Notes under the pieces: model-generated
The model's input: only the letters and a program-made list of their open reading frames with translations
What the model was told of the DNA's origin: nothing
Database searches by the model: none
Program-made: the position numbers and the translations under genes
Origin: an uncultured virus (IMG/VR IMGVR_UViG_3300035704_000005)
Lineage: Duplodnaviria > Heunggongvirae > Uroviricota > Caudoviricetes
IMG/VR virus record: IMGVR_UViG_3300035704_000005
Length of the DNA stretch: 64,000 nucleotides
Strand: one strand, 5' to 3'
Part shown: piece after piece, positions 16,984 to 25,875 of the stretch
Numbering within the stretch: the first letter of the stretch is position 1
Layout: the number at the start of each line of letters is the position of its first letter

Positions 16984-19139
16984 TGGATGACGAATTTTTT
17001 GCAGGAGTAGCGCCGGGCACTGTTGTTGAAGACGACGTACCGCGCGATGGATTGCGCCGGTACCTGCTGCCGGACATCGGAGGCGATCCGAATATCACCA
17101 AGGGCCGGACGCGGGTTACCACCGTGGCGGGCACCATGGAGAACGGCTTTGGGCTCACCATCTGGCGACGCCGGACCGTGATCCGAGGCATGGGCCTACG
17201 GCCGGACCTCATGGCACGCGCCGGGGCTGCCGACCCGTTGGATCCCGGCTATGACAAGCTGCTTGACTCGATCGAGGCAGCTGCGTTCGAGGCAGGCGGA
17301 GGCAGCACCGGATCTAATTTAGGATCCGCTCAGCATCATGTGTTCGATCGGTACTTCGGCAAGGGTGAGAAGTTGGACACCATCGCTGAGTACTTTCACG
17401 CGGATATCCTCGCTGTTGAGCGTGAGCTAGCCGTAAAGGGAATCAAGCTGCTGCCCGGATATAACGAGCGGGTGGTGTACTGCCGGATCTATGACCGCGG
17501 CGGCAAGATTGACGCTATTGCGGAGCTGGATGACGGTACTTTCGCCATCTTGGATTGGAAGACCGAGAAAGACCCGGTTGAATACCCGGACGGCAAGACA
17601 ATTCAGCTTGCTTACTACGGCAACGCTGATGGCGTCATGAATTACGAAACTCACCAGTATGAGGCGATGCCTCCGGTACGCCGGGATATTGCTCTCGTTG
17701 TGTGGTGCCGTCCGGGTTCCGGTGAGGCCAAGGTGCTGCGGGTGCCGATCGACCTCGGTTGGGTCGGTGCGCGAGTAGCCGAGGACAACCGCGCATGGCG
17801 TCGGCAGAAAATCGTCATCAGCGAGTACTTCCCAGGCACCGGCATGGCCCCAGCGGTTGTGCCAGGGATCACCCCAGAAGGCCACGCGGCCAGTGTCCGG
17901 GCGCTAGCCCAGCCGGGATATGTCGAGCCCGCAGCTGCGATTGCGAATGACCAAGCGTTGCACGGCGTGCAGGGGCAGTCTTTTGGTCCTGATTGGCAGC
18001 CTCAAGGCAACGGCGCCGGGCCGCTAGAGCAGGCTGCCCAGCAGATCCAAGCGTCTGGAATCGCGGCGCAGGTCGGCCAGATCGTTGATCAGGTTCTCGC
18101 GTCCGGCCAGCAGCTCAGCCTTGAGCAGATGCAGCAGCTCAACACCCAGGCTGCTGCGGTCGTGTCCGGCAAGTGCGGTACGTGCGGCTACGTGCACACC
18201 CCAGAGCAAGGCTGCCCGCCTCCCGAATGGGCTGCCGCCCAGGCTTCGCTGCCTCAGCAGCCTGCTGTAGACCAACAACCGCCGGGCGTTCCTCCCGCCA
18301 TGGTCGGCCCCGCTACGTGCGGTACGTGCGGCTACGTGCACACCCCAGAGCAAGGCTGCCCGCCGCTGGCGTGGATCCAAGCTCAGAGCGTTCAGCAAGC
18401 TCCGCAGAACGGACAGGGCGGCCAGCTGCCGCCGGGCGTTCCTCCTGGCACGGTCGGCCATGGCCCCGCCGGGCAGCCACCAACCTACCCCGGCTACGAG
18501 AACACTGGGGCAGCCCCGGCAGGAGCACCGCCCGGCGCGCAGCCTCCAGCACCTAAGGGGGCAGGCAAGAACACCTCACCGGCCGAGTACATCAAGGAGC
18601 TGATTGATCGGTCTAGTGACGGCATCGATCCTGAGGCCTTCTATATGGAGATGAAGGCAGAGCTAGAAGTTCTCTCCAAGAAAGACCAGTTGCAGCCGAT
18701 GTTACGTCTCATCAAGCCAGGCATTGATGAAAATCTGCTGAAGAAGCACCGCGGTCCGCTAGCTGAGTTGCTCGTCGGCTTCGTCAAAGAGCAGCGAGAT
18801 ATGCGCACGGCGCACCCCGGCCCCTCAGCACTTCTAGCTCAGCCAGAAGTGCAAAATATGATGGCTGCTCAGCAACAACATGCTCAGCAGTTGGCTGTTG
18901 TTGAGCAAGCGCAGACGCAGCCGACTGCCCCATGGGGCCAGCAGCCTCCGCAGAATGATTTCGTTGATATGACGTACGAAGGCGTCATGCGCGCTATCAG
19001 CGAGGCTCCTAGCCCGGATCGACTCGGAGCTATCTACCAGCAGTTGGTTACCACTTACGGTCCGGCGCAGTGGACCGGAGCAATCCTCGATGCAGCTAAC
19101 CAAAAGCTCGCATCATTCCAGATGTCACCAACGCATTAA
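16983..19139 (+). CDS. PD-(D/E)XK (RecE/lambda-exo-like) exonuclease with long Q/P-rich extension
   Basis: RVTT, G..QH, GGKIDAI, ILDWKT, QLAYY; GGGAGG SD; C-terminal half low-complexity with duplicated CxxC-H-C. Confidence 0.82.
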   Translation: MDDEFFAGVAPGTVVEDDVPRDGLRRYLLPDIGGDPNITKGRTRVTTVAGTMENGFGLTIWRRRTVIRGMGLRPDLMARAGAADPLDPGYDKLLDSIEAAAFEAGGGSTGSNLGSAQHHVFDRYFGKGEKLDTIAEYFHADILAVERELAVKGIKLLPGYNERVVYCRIYDRGGKIDAIAELDDGTFAILDWKTEKDPVEYPDGKTIQLAYYGNADGVMNYETHQYEAMPPVRRDIALVVWCRPGSGEAKVLRVPIDLGWVGARVAEDNRAWRRQKIVISEYFPGTGMAPAVVPGITPEGHAASVRALAQPGYVEPAAAIANDQALHGVQGQSFGPDWQPQGNGAGPLEQAAQQIQASGIAAQVGQIVDQVLASGQQLSLEQMQQLNTQAAAVVSGKCGTCGYVHTPEQGCPPPEWAAAQASLPQQPAVDQQPPGVPPAMVGPATCGTCGYVHTPEQGCPPLAWIQAQSVQQAPQNGQGGQLPPGVPPGTVGHGPAGQPPTYPGYENTGAAPAGAPPGAQPPAPKGAGKNTSPAEYIKELIDRSSDGIDPEAFYMEMKAELEVLSKKDQLQPMLRLIKPGIDENLLKKHRGPLAELLVGFVKEQRDMRTAHPGPSALLAQPEVQNMMAAQQQHAQQLAVVEQAQTQPTAPWGQQPPQNDFVDMTYEGVMRAISEAPSPDRLGAIYQQLVTTYGPAQWTGAILDAANQKLASFQMSPTH
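18173..18364 (+). repeat. 48-bp perfect direct repeat, 144-bp period
   Basis: 18173-18220 identical to 18317-18364; encodes CGTCGYVHTPEQGCPP twice. Confidence 0.95.
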
Positions 19140-19161
19140 ATAGCGATAGGAGATCAATAAA

Positions 19162-20388
19162 ATGACTCAAGCACCGTGGCAGCAAGCCCCGCAGCAGGGG
19201 GCACCACCACCTCAAGGTTACGTCGGTCCGCAAGGCCCGCCTCAGAACTACGCTGGCCCGCCAGCCCCCCAGGGCGGCCAGCAGTGGCAGCAAGCCCCAG
19301 CAGGCCCGCCTCAGGGCTGGCAGCAGGCTCCGCAAGGGTCACCTCCCCAGGCAGGCCCGCCTGCTGGTCAGCAGCCGTGGCAGCAAACCCCTCAGGCACC
19401 TCCGCCTCAAGCTGCCCCGCAGGATCAGACCGGTGATGATGAATTCTTCACGGGCGGTGGCGGAGGCGCGTATATGTCATTCGCCGATGATTCCTGCATC
19501 GGCCATCCGCGCGGCGGGACAATCGTCGGTATCAACGAGCAGCAGCAGACCGACAAAGATACAAAAGAGCCAATGTTCTGGCCGAATAGTGACCGGGCCA
19601 TCATGATTAAAGTTGTTACCATGCAAACCAATGAGCGCAGGCCTGGTGATAACGAAGATCAGGGTTTGCGTTCGGTATGGCTGCCACAGTCCAAAGATGT
19701 CACTAAGGCTGTTATTGAGGCCATGCGTCAGACGACACCGAATGAGATGCGGCTCAAGCTGGGCGGCCAGTTGTGGATTACTCGCACGGGTTCTCGGCCG
19801 ACCACTCAGAAGAATGGTGGTCGAGGTTTCCCCGCGTTCACTTACTCAGCTCAGTACGTCCCTCCGCAGGAGAGTCCTAACGATGGTTTCTTTGCGGGTG
19901 GCCAGCCGGGCAACGGCCAAGCCCCAGCTCAGGCCACGCCGCCTCAAGCAGGACCGCCAGCTCAGGCAGCGCAGACACCCTGGCAGCAGGGACCGGCCCC
20001 GCAGCAGGGCAATGCCTACGCGACGGCTAACGGGCAGCAGGGCTGGCAGCAGCCAGCTCCGCAGCAGGCGCCTCCTCAGGGCGGCTGGCAGCAGCCTGGC
20101 CCACCTGCACCGCAGCAGGGACCTCCAGCAGCTACCGGCCAAGCCCCATGGTCTCAGCAGCCTGCACCGCAGCAGCCTGGGCCGCCAGCCAGCAGCCAAG
20201 CTCCATGGCCTCAGCAGGGACAGTCTCAGGCACCAGCCAACGGGCAGGCTCCATGGGCTCAGCAACCCCCAGCAGGCCCGCCTGCGGGCACCTGGCAGCC
20301 CGCGGCGCCGGATCCGGCCAACCCCTGGGGTAACCAGCCCCAGCAACAGCAGTACCCGCCTCAGGGCCAGCAATACCCGCAGCAGTAA
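19162..20388 (+). CDS. ssDNA-binding protein-like core with Q/P/G/W-rich disordered arms
   Basis: Core GTIV..QQTD..T.EP..W...VVTMQT...DQGLR...GGQL..T....YSAQY.PP resembles the actinophage SSB family; AGGAG SD; follows the exonuclease. Confidence 0.7.
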   Translation: MTQAPWQQAPQQGAPPPQGYVGPQGPPQNYAGPPAPQGGQQWQQAPAGPPQGWQQAPQGSPPQAGPPAGQQPWQQTPQAPPPQAAPQDQTGDDEFFTGGGGGAYMSFADDSCIGHPRGGTIVGINEQQQTDKDTKEPMFWPNSDRAIMIKVVTMQTNERRPGDNEDQGLRSVWLPQSKDVTKAVIEAMRQTTPNEMRLKLGGQLWITRTGSRPTTQKNGGRGFPAFTYSAQYVPPQESPNDGFFAGGQPGNGQAPAQATPPQAGPPAQAAQTPWQQGPAPQQGNAYATANGQQGWQQPAPQQAPPQGGWQQPGPPAPQQGPPAATGQAPWSQQPAPQQPGPPASSQAPWPQQGQSQAPANGQAPWAQQPPAGPPAGTWQPAAPDPANPWGNQPQQQQYPPQGQQYPQQ

Positions 20389-20401
20389 TTAGCCGAGAGC
20401 G

Positions 20402-20433
20402 CAGCGCCGGGGCTTTCGGGCCTCGGCGTTGTT
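20402..20433 (+). terminator. hairpin with UUCG tetraloop after the SSB-like gene
   Basis: CAGCGCCGGGGCT-TTCG-GGCCTCGGCGTTG, 13-bp stem with G-U pairs, weak U tail. Confidence 0.6.
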
Positions 20434-20454
20434 CGGATAGAAAGGATAAAATCC

Positions 20455-20718
20455 GTGACAACACATAAACTTAAAATTTGGTCAGAGTATTTCGATGCCG
20501 TAAACGATAACAAATTACGTGGATGTGCTCGACGAAATGACCGTGATTATAAAGTAGGAGATAGAGCGCAACTAAAAGAGTGGGATACGAGAACAGGTAG
20601 TTACACCGGACGGGAATGCAAAAGAAGGATTACTTATGTTCTCGTTGGGGGTAAGTGGGGTATTGACAGCGCTTACGTGATTTTGAGTTTGGCACTAATC
20701 GATGACAATCAAACCTAA
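20455..20718 (+). CDS. DUF3850 / ASCH-like protein
   Basis: HKLKIWSEYFDAV...RRNDRDYKVGD...LKEW..YTGR...ITYV. Confidence 0.8.
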   Translation: MTTHKLKIWSEYFDAVNDNKLRGCARRNDRDYKVGDRAQLKEWDTRTGSYTGRECKRRITYVLVGGKWGIDSAYVILSLALIDDNQT

Positions 20719-21175
20719 GATCTGCAAAGAGGCTGGCGAGGATGTCAGGCACCAAAAACGCCCGGCTCCGCATCCTGGGCCACGGTGCGCAACATGCTGG
20801 CGAATCGAGAAGAAACGACGTAGCGAAGCGAACCACCGAACTTACGTAGCGAAAACTTATGGAGTGCCCATAGATTTTTATGATCTATTGTACAACTATC
20901 AAGAAGGAAAATGCGCTCTATGTAAATGGGCTACCGGCGCTCGCAAACGACTAGCCAACGACCATGATCACAAATGCTGTCCCGGCCCGGTGATTTGCGG
21001 GGAATGCCTGCGAGGTCTTCTTTGTGGGTTCTGTAATGAAGTGATGGGCAGGTGGGGTGACAACCCTGATACGTTCTTGCGAGGCTTCCGATATCTAATC
21101 GATCCACCAGCGAAGCAGCTAAGGAGGTTACTAAATGAACAAACAGAGCGAGAAACAATTGCTGTTGAAGTTTAG
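20702..21175 (+). CDS. endonuclease VII (Holliday junction resolvase-like)
   Basis: YG...Y..L..YQ.GKCALC...DHDH...RGLLC..CN..G. Confidence 0.88.
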   Translation: MTIKPKICKEAGEDVRHQKRPAPHPGPRCATCWRIEKKRRSEANHRTYVAKTYGVPIDFYDLLYNYQEGKCALCKWATGARKRLANDHDHKCCPGPVICGECLRGLLCGFCNEVMGRWGDNPDTFLRGFRYLIDPPAKQLRRLLNEQTERETIAVEV

Positions 21176-21671
21176 GCCATGGCTGCATACGGTGGCGAAC
21201 GGCATGTGTCGGAAATTCCCAGAACGGGCTGAAGACTTGGCACAAGAAGGCTGGGTAGCCATGTGGCGCTCAATCGGGAATTTCCCAGGGGACACACCAG
21301 ATGATGCTTGGCTCAAAGCTTGTGCCGTCAAGCGAATGTACAGCCAGATACGGGATTGGACGGCGCAGTGTCGCGATGTCCGGATCACCGACCTAGCCGG
21401 GGCGCCGGGCATGCGCGCGGTAGGCGATAAAGTAGACATCTGGGACGCGCTGCGAGTTGACCTCGGAGAGGTAGAGATGGCCTACCATCAAGGCGAGATC
21501 TCGGCAGCCCTCGCAGCTTTGCCACCTAAACAACGGCTGTATGTGTGGCTCAAGTACTGGAAGGGGTACACAGATACCGAGATGGTAGCCGTATTCGGTT
21601 ACCGCCCCAGGAACCTCGGAGACTCGGCAAACAAGAAACTAGCTAAACAACTCGCCCACCTAGGAGCTTAG
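21135..21671 (+). CDS. ECF-type RNA polymerase sigma factor
   Basis: Region 2 AEDLAQEGWVAMWR...AWL; region 4 ALAALPPKQR...YTDTEM. Confidence 0.85.
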   Translation: MNKQSEKQLLLKFRPWLHTVANGMCRKFPERAEDLAQEGWVAMWRSIGNFPGDTPDDAWLKACAVKRMYSQIRDWTAQCRDVRITDLAGAPGMRAVGDKVDIWDALRVDLGEVEMAYHQGEISAALAALPPKQRLYVWLKYWKGYTDTEMVAVFGYRPRNLGDSANKKLAKQLAHLGA

Positions 21672-21673
21672 AA

Positions 21674-21892
21674 ATGATTGAAGAAGCGACACCCGATAGC
21701 CCTCCCGCAGTACCTGAGAAGCACTATTGCTTTAACTGTCGCGGTGAGCGCACCGTGCGAACTAGGCCGGTCGGCCCTTTCGACTTCCACCAGTGCACGA
21801 GCTGTGGCCTCTGGATTCGGTGCCCAAAATGCATGCACATCCGAACAGTTGTAGATCACCAGTGCCCCAAGAAGAAAGAAAACAAGGCATGA
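21674..21892 (+). CDS. small Zn-ribbon protein
   Basis: Three CxxC motifs; AGGAG SD. Confidence 0.65.
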   Translation: MIEEATPDSPPAVPEKHYCFNCRGERTVRTRPVGPFDFHQCTSCGLWIRCPKCMHIRTVVDHQCPKKKENKA

Positions 21893-22422
21893 AGACCAGA
21901 GCAGAGATGCTCCAAGAATGGAGCGATGCGTCCGGCGGAGATAACCTGTCGTTGGAAGCTTGGGCTGATCTCCGTAAGAGCCTGCTCAATGAGGAGTGCA
22001 GAGAGCTGTGCGACGCTATCGATCATTTCGTAGCCACAGGCGACCCAAAACCAATGGCGAAAGAGTCGGCCGATGTAGAATATGTGGTCATCGGTGCGGC
22101 GCAGCGGCCTGGGATTGATCTGGAGGTTGCTTTTAAGGAGGTGCACAGCTCGAATATGAGTAAGTTCGGACCAAACGGAGAAGTGTATGAGCGTGCGGAC
22201 GGCAAGATACTCAAAGGGCCGAACTACCGAGAGGCCGACATGACCGCGGCTGTATCTGGCAGCGAAGATCTCCTAGGGAAGACAGAGACGGTGCTCGATT
22301 GGATAGAAGGTGCACTGCGCTCGATACCGCCGGTCACCAGGGCAGTTCTTATTGTCTTCCTCGCTTGTGCTCTTAGTGCGCTGGCCATAAATTCAGGCTA
22401 TCTACTTGCAGGTGGGCGGTAG
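21889..22422 (+). CDS. MazG-like / PRA-PH nucleotide pyrophosphohydrolase with C-terminal TM helix
   Basis: EECREL, KESADVEYV, AFKEVHSSNMSK, RADGKILKGPNY. Confidence 0.85.
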   Translation: MKTRAEMLQEWSDASGGDNLSLEAWADLRKSLLNEECRELCDAIDHFVATGDPKPMAKESADVEYVVIGAAQRPGIDLEVAFKEVHSSNMSKFGPNGEVYERADGKILKGPNYREADMTAAVSGSEDLLGKTETVLDWIEGALRSIPPVTRAVLIVFLACALSALAINSGYLLAGGR

Positions 22423-22728
22423 TCACGGCAAGGCCTCCTCGGTCTCAGCTAGGCGATCGAGCACGCGCAACGCTTCCCCGATATGGTCGCCGTTCTTGCC
22501 ACAGGCCTGGGCCAGCCTGGCAGCATCCTTCTCAGAGCCACAGACCAGCACGACGAACGGCCGTGCTGCTAGGTCGGTAATGGCCGCTACCACCTCGGCC
22601 GCGCGCTTGAGCATCTCGTCTGTGGGAGGTATCCCGTTCAGCGGATCCAGCCGCCAAGCCATCGCCTCGGCCAGCGCCTGTGTTGCAATGTCAGCAATCT
22701 CAACATGATACTTGGGTTCATCCATCAT
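22423..22728 (-). CDS. hypothetical protein
   Basis: 101 aa ORF converging on the MazG-like gene. Confidence 0.6.
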   Translation of the reverse strand: MMDEPKYHVEIADIATQALAEAMAWRLDPLNGIPPTDEMLKRAAEVVAAITDLAARPFVVLVCGSEKDAARLAQACGKNGDHIGEALRVLDRLAETEEALP

Positions 22729-22813
22729 ATTCCAATCGCGAGAGTGGTAAAGGTCAGAATCAAGATAGCTACGATGAACACACCTACACCGATTTTGAAT
22801 AGCTTATAAACTG

Positions 22814-23407
22814 TCACATCCCCTCCGGTATTAGTAGCGCATCGGCGTGCAGCACCCTCGCGATAGCGATAGTGAGTCTTTCTAACGTGCTATGAGAAAC
22901 CACCCAAAAAACGGGCAGATTGCGTAAAGTGTCTCTGGTTGACCAGCGGGTTTTAGTCTCTCGTTCGAGCCGAGTCACTACCCGTTCACCTCTGGGCACC
23001 ACAACAAATGAAGTTCTGTGAAAATGGCGCCTCCCTTCGTTTTCTTCACGCCACCGAATGACAACGGCCGTGTCGCTGTTTGTCGGACCTTTGAACGATT
23101 GTTTATCCCAGCTGTCCAGCAGTGCCCCCTGCACACCCCAGAGGCCTTCGTAATCTTCCCAGCGAACGTGCATCACTGGCGCATGGTGTGTAGACGAATG
23201 CTTAGAGCGCGGGTGTGCGCCTTCGCAGATCATTCCATCAGATAGGGTGCCTTGATTTCGTATTATACCTGCCTGAACGAGTTTATCCAGTTGGGCATAA
23301 TAAGATGATCGAGCTATCTCTAGCTTTTTTGCCCGCTCGGTCTCGGTCATATCCGTGCACAGCAGATCGATCAGTACCTGCTGGTCAACCAACGATTGCC
23401 GTGCCAC
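22814..23407 (-). CDS. winged-HTH DNA-binding protein
   Basis: MTETERAKKLEIARSSYYAQLDKLVQAGII; GGGAGG SD. Confidence 0.65.
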   Translation of the reverse strand: MARQSLVDQQVLIDLLCTDMTETERAKKLEIARSSYYAQLDKLVQAGIIRNQGTLSDGMICEGAHPRSKHSSTHHAPVMHVRWEDYEGLWGVQGALLDSWDKQSFKGPTNSDTAVVIRWREENEGRRHFHRTSFVVVPRGERVVTRLERETKTRWSTRDTLRNLPVFWVVSHSTLERLTIAIARVLHADALLIPEGM

Positions 23408-23428
23408 GATCCTCCCTAGCTCCGTTGG

Positions 23429-23446
23429 AGTTGCATAGTTGCAACT
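23429..23446. promoter_or_regulatory. palindromic operator between divergent genes
   Basis: AGTTGCA-TAGT-TGCAACT perfect 7-bp inverted repeat. Confidence 0.55.
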
Positions 23447-23492
23447 GGTACCCTGACAGCTTACTCAGTGTCCGAGTGCGAGGGAGGCTAGC

Positions 23493-23675
23493 ATGCCACA
23501 GTTTGACCCCCAGACCGCCAGCATCGTTGCAGGCCTTTGCGCAGCTCAGAGATGCCGTCAACGTCCAGATGACCCATACCCCAGCGATGTGGACGATGAC
23601 ACCGAGTGTCTCGAATGGCCTGGGCACGAACTATGCGAGATCGATCACCGATCAGCGAACGGGACAACTTGGTAA
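23493..23675 (+). CDS. small hypothetical protein
   Basis: GGGAGG SD; TAATG overlap with the next gene. Confidence 0.6.
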   Translation: MPQFDPQTASIVAGLCAAQRCRQRPDDPYPSDVDDDTECLEWPGHELCEIDHRSANGTTW

Positions 23676-24376
23676 TGGCGAAAACCGCAAAACAGGCCGC
23701 ACCGCCTCCTCCTACGGGATTCACAGGTGAGGTGCCACGAACCCCGGTAGGCCAACGGGTTAGCGACCACATCCGGAAGCGTCGGGCTGAACGTCGGGCT
23801 AGGCCGAGGGTTCCGCTGGTCGTTGTGCACAACACCCCAGCTGCGCCGAAGCGACGCCGGTCTACCCGCATCAGCCGCGGATCCGGGCTCTTGGGTTCGG
23901 GCTCCCGGCCGACCGCGCGCCGGGCTCGGCGCAGGCCACCGCGCCGGGGCGCGCTGTTTGCCGTTTTCTCAGTTGTCGTGGCCAGCGTCGTACTCACCGC
24001 GGCCGTGGTGGAATTCGCCAGCTGGACTACCGCCACGGTGGTCTTCGGAGCAGCCGAGGGGGTTTCTGCCGGTACCGCGTGGTTCTTTGGTGACCCCAAC
24101 CCACCGGCTAAACCGCCTCCTACGCCACGCAAGCCGCGGGCTGCTGGTAATCCCCCACCCAAGAGCGGAGGGAACCGCTGTGGGGCTCCTACAGAGGACG
24201 GCAGTGCCTGCAACAACCCCGTAGCTACCGCCGGAGAGAAGTGCTGGCGCCACCCTGGGGGAGCCCCGGCTAGCGGCACCGCCGGTCCTAAGCCCAAGGC
24301 TGGCCCGAAGCCCAAGCCCACGGGGCCGAAGAAAACCCGCAAAGCCGCTCCGCCACCTGTAACGCCTACGCCGTGA
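23675..24376 (+). CDS. Arg/Lys/Pro-rich membrane protein with C-C-C-H Zn finger
   Basis: Basic N-terminus, two hydrophobic segments, RCGAPTEDGSACNNPV...CWRH. Confidence 0.7.
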   Translation: MAKTAKQAAPPPPTGFTGEVPRTPVGQRVSDHIRKRRAERRARPRVPLVVVHNTPAAPKRRRSTRISRGSGLLGSGSRPTARRARRRPPRRGALFAVFSVVVASVVLTAAVVEFASWTTATVVFGAAEGVSAGTAWFFGDPNPPAKPPPTPRKPRAAGNPPPKSGGNRCGAPTEDGSACNNPVATAGEKCWRHPGGAPASGTAGPKPKAGPKPKPTGPKKTRKAAPPPVTPTP

Positions 24377-24385
24377 CGCGCGATA
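24358..24385 (+). promoter_or_regulatory. ECF-type promoter TGTAAC-N17-CGATA
   Basis: Exact motif, one of five copies; ATG lies 8 nt downstream (probably leaderless). Confidence 0.7.
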
Positions 24386-24393
24386 CTAGGGGC

Positions 24394-24579
24394 ATGACCA
24401 CTCTACTAAAAACCCTCGCCACCTCGGCCGCTGCGGTTGCCGTGCTCGTACTCAGCCCCGCGGTTGCCCCTGCCCTAGCTTGCGGAGATACCCCCGGCTT
24501 CTGTCCGAATCCACCCGACCACACGTCTCAGCCCGCAGCACCCCTCACCTGCCCGGAATGCAATAAGTTTGGTATCTAA
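24394..24579 (+). CDS. small secreted Cys-containing protein
   Basis: Signal peptide ending ALA-C; four Cys in the mature part. Confidence 0.65.
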   Translation: MTTLLKTLATSAAAVAVLVLSPAVAPALACGDTPGFCPNPPDHTSQPAAPLTCPECNKFGI

Positions 24580-24581
24580 GT

Positions 24582-24833
24582 TTAACGGTTCGGCGCGGTG
24601 CCGAGGTACTTAAACCGAGGCACCTTGCCTCCGGCAGGATGCTCGACGTCTTCCCGAAACTCGGTCAAGCTTCTCACATTCACTTGACCAATCTTCGGCT
24701 CACTGAGCGACATATAAACCACCATGTCACCCCGGTTATCGTGGTTCTCTGAATCATGTGCCGCGTACAGAACGATGTAGAGATTTCCTGTGTAGTGTTG
24801 GTAAACCGCACCCTGGGTTACTGGCTGTCTCAT
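24582..24833 (-). CDS. DUF1653 family protein
   Basis: YQHYTGNLYIV..A.DSE...MVVY.SL...VR.L.EF...PRF. Confidence 0.8.
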   Translation of the reverse strand: MRQPVTQGAVYQHYTGNLYIVLYAAHDSENHDNRGDMVVYMSLSEPKIGQVNVRSLTEFREDVEHPAGGKVPRFKYLGTAPNR

Positions 24834-25126
24834 CGCCATGACTCCCGCACAAATACCGCGCCTACCATCGGCAAGGGTTGTCTTTTACGCCATGATTTAC
24901 CTGACCTCGGAAATGCAATGATATCTGCCCAGCTCTTATCCTTGGCTACACGTCTTACATACACGATGCAATCCATCCAGCGCCACACTTGATCAACTTT
25001 GACCTCAATTGGTTTCTCCGATTCTTCCGACCAGCCGCAAGCATCGCAGTTCCATGGTTTCGGCCATTTCCACATGTTCAACTCTAAGTGCCCGTCCGTA
25101 CACGGGTCTGGGTGTCGCTCGATCAT
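24830..25126 (-). CDS. hypothetical protein
   Basis: ATGA overlaps at both ends. Confidence 0.65.
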   Translation of the reverse strand: MIERHPDPCTDGHLELNMWKWPKPWNCDACGWSEESEKPIEVKVDQVWRWMDCIVYVRRVAKDKSWADIIAFPRSGKSWRKRQPLPMVGAVFVRESWR

Positions 25127-25593
25127 CTCTCCATCTCGCAATCACAAGTAGGATGCTGGCACGTCCAGATCTCGCAGCTTGGCTGCGGGCCGTACTCTAG
25201 GTGATGCTCGTGCTCAGCGATGGGGTGCACGCACGCCGGGCATAGCCGGGCGCTCAGATCGACGGAGCGCGCTTCTCGGTAGACCTGGGTCTTGGCCATC
25301 GTGATTTCAGCCAGCTGCCGCCAGGAGATGCCCTGAGCGCCTAGACCAAGGGCCTGCTTGCGCTTGCCTACCGTCACATCGTAGTGATCGTGGCCAGGAT
25401 CCGGCCCGCGGCCGAGGATGTCTTTGCCCTCTTGGAAGTAGGAGCGGTGCAGACCGAGGCGCGCGGCGAACGCGTGCAGCTCAGCTGTATCGAGCTGGTC
25501 TGAGATCAGGTGATACCAACGAGACTCGACATATCTACCTGTGCGTTTATTCCACACGGTTGCTGGAATGCCGACATCGTCAACGTAAATCAT
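25123..25593 (-). CDS. DUF4031 family protein with C-terminal Cys/His cluster
   Basis: MIYVDD...WYHLISD...ELHAFAARLGL.R..FQ...HYDVT..KR..AL.LGA. Confidence 0.82.
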   Translation of the reverse strand: MIYVDDVGIPATVWNKRTGRYVESRWYHLISDQLDTAELHAFAARLGLHRSYFQEGKDILGRGPDPGHDHYDVTVGKRKQALGLGAQGISWRQLAEITMAKTQVYREARSVDLSARLCPACVHPIAEHEHHLEYGPQPSCEIWTCQHPTCDCEMER

Positions 25594-25763
25594 GGCGTTC
25601 TCACCCCATAGGGAGCAACCGAGTAATTCCACAGATCAGGATCCGGGTGCATGCCGTGCTGTGGGCAATAAGTAACCCACATACCTAAAGTGATAGCTAC
25701 ATCTGGACACCAACAGGGCTGCTCTTCTCGCACCTCGATTGCACCGTCTTGCAACAAATTCAT
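25590..25763 (-). CDS. small hypothetical protein
   Basis: CWC...CPQHG; coupled to the next gene. Confidence 0.55.
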   Translation of the reverse strand: MNLLQDGAIEVREEQPCWCPDVAITLGMWVTYCPQHGMHPDPDLWNYSVAPYGVRTP

Positions 25764-25875
25764 GGCTTCTTCTTTCTGCGATCCATCCATTGAGCTATCT
25801 GGAACGCAAGCTCACCGAGGGCAGATACACTAACTACGAGAATGAAGAGCCGGAGCAGGTCTAAGATGATCTCAG

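Noticed and set aside
16983..17830. Cas4 or CRISPR adaptation gene
   Set aside because: PD-(D/E)XK motifs are present but the Cas4 Fe-S cysteine pattern is not; context is phage recombination.
18173..18364. Diversity-generating retroelement TR/VR pair
   Set aside because: Copies are identical, in frame in one gene, with no adenine-specific differences and no reverse transcriptase in the window.
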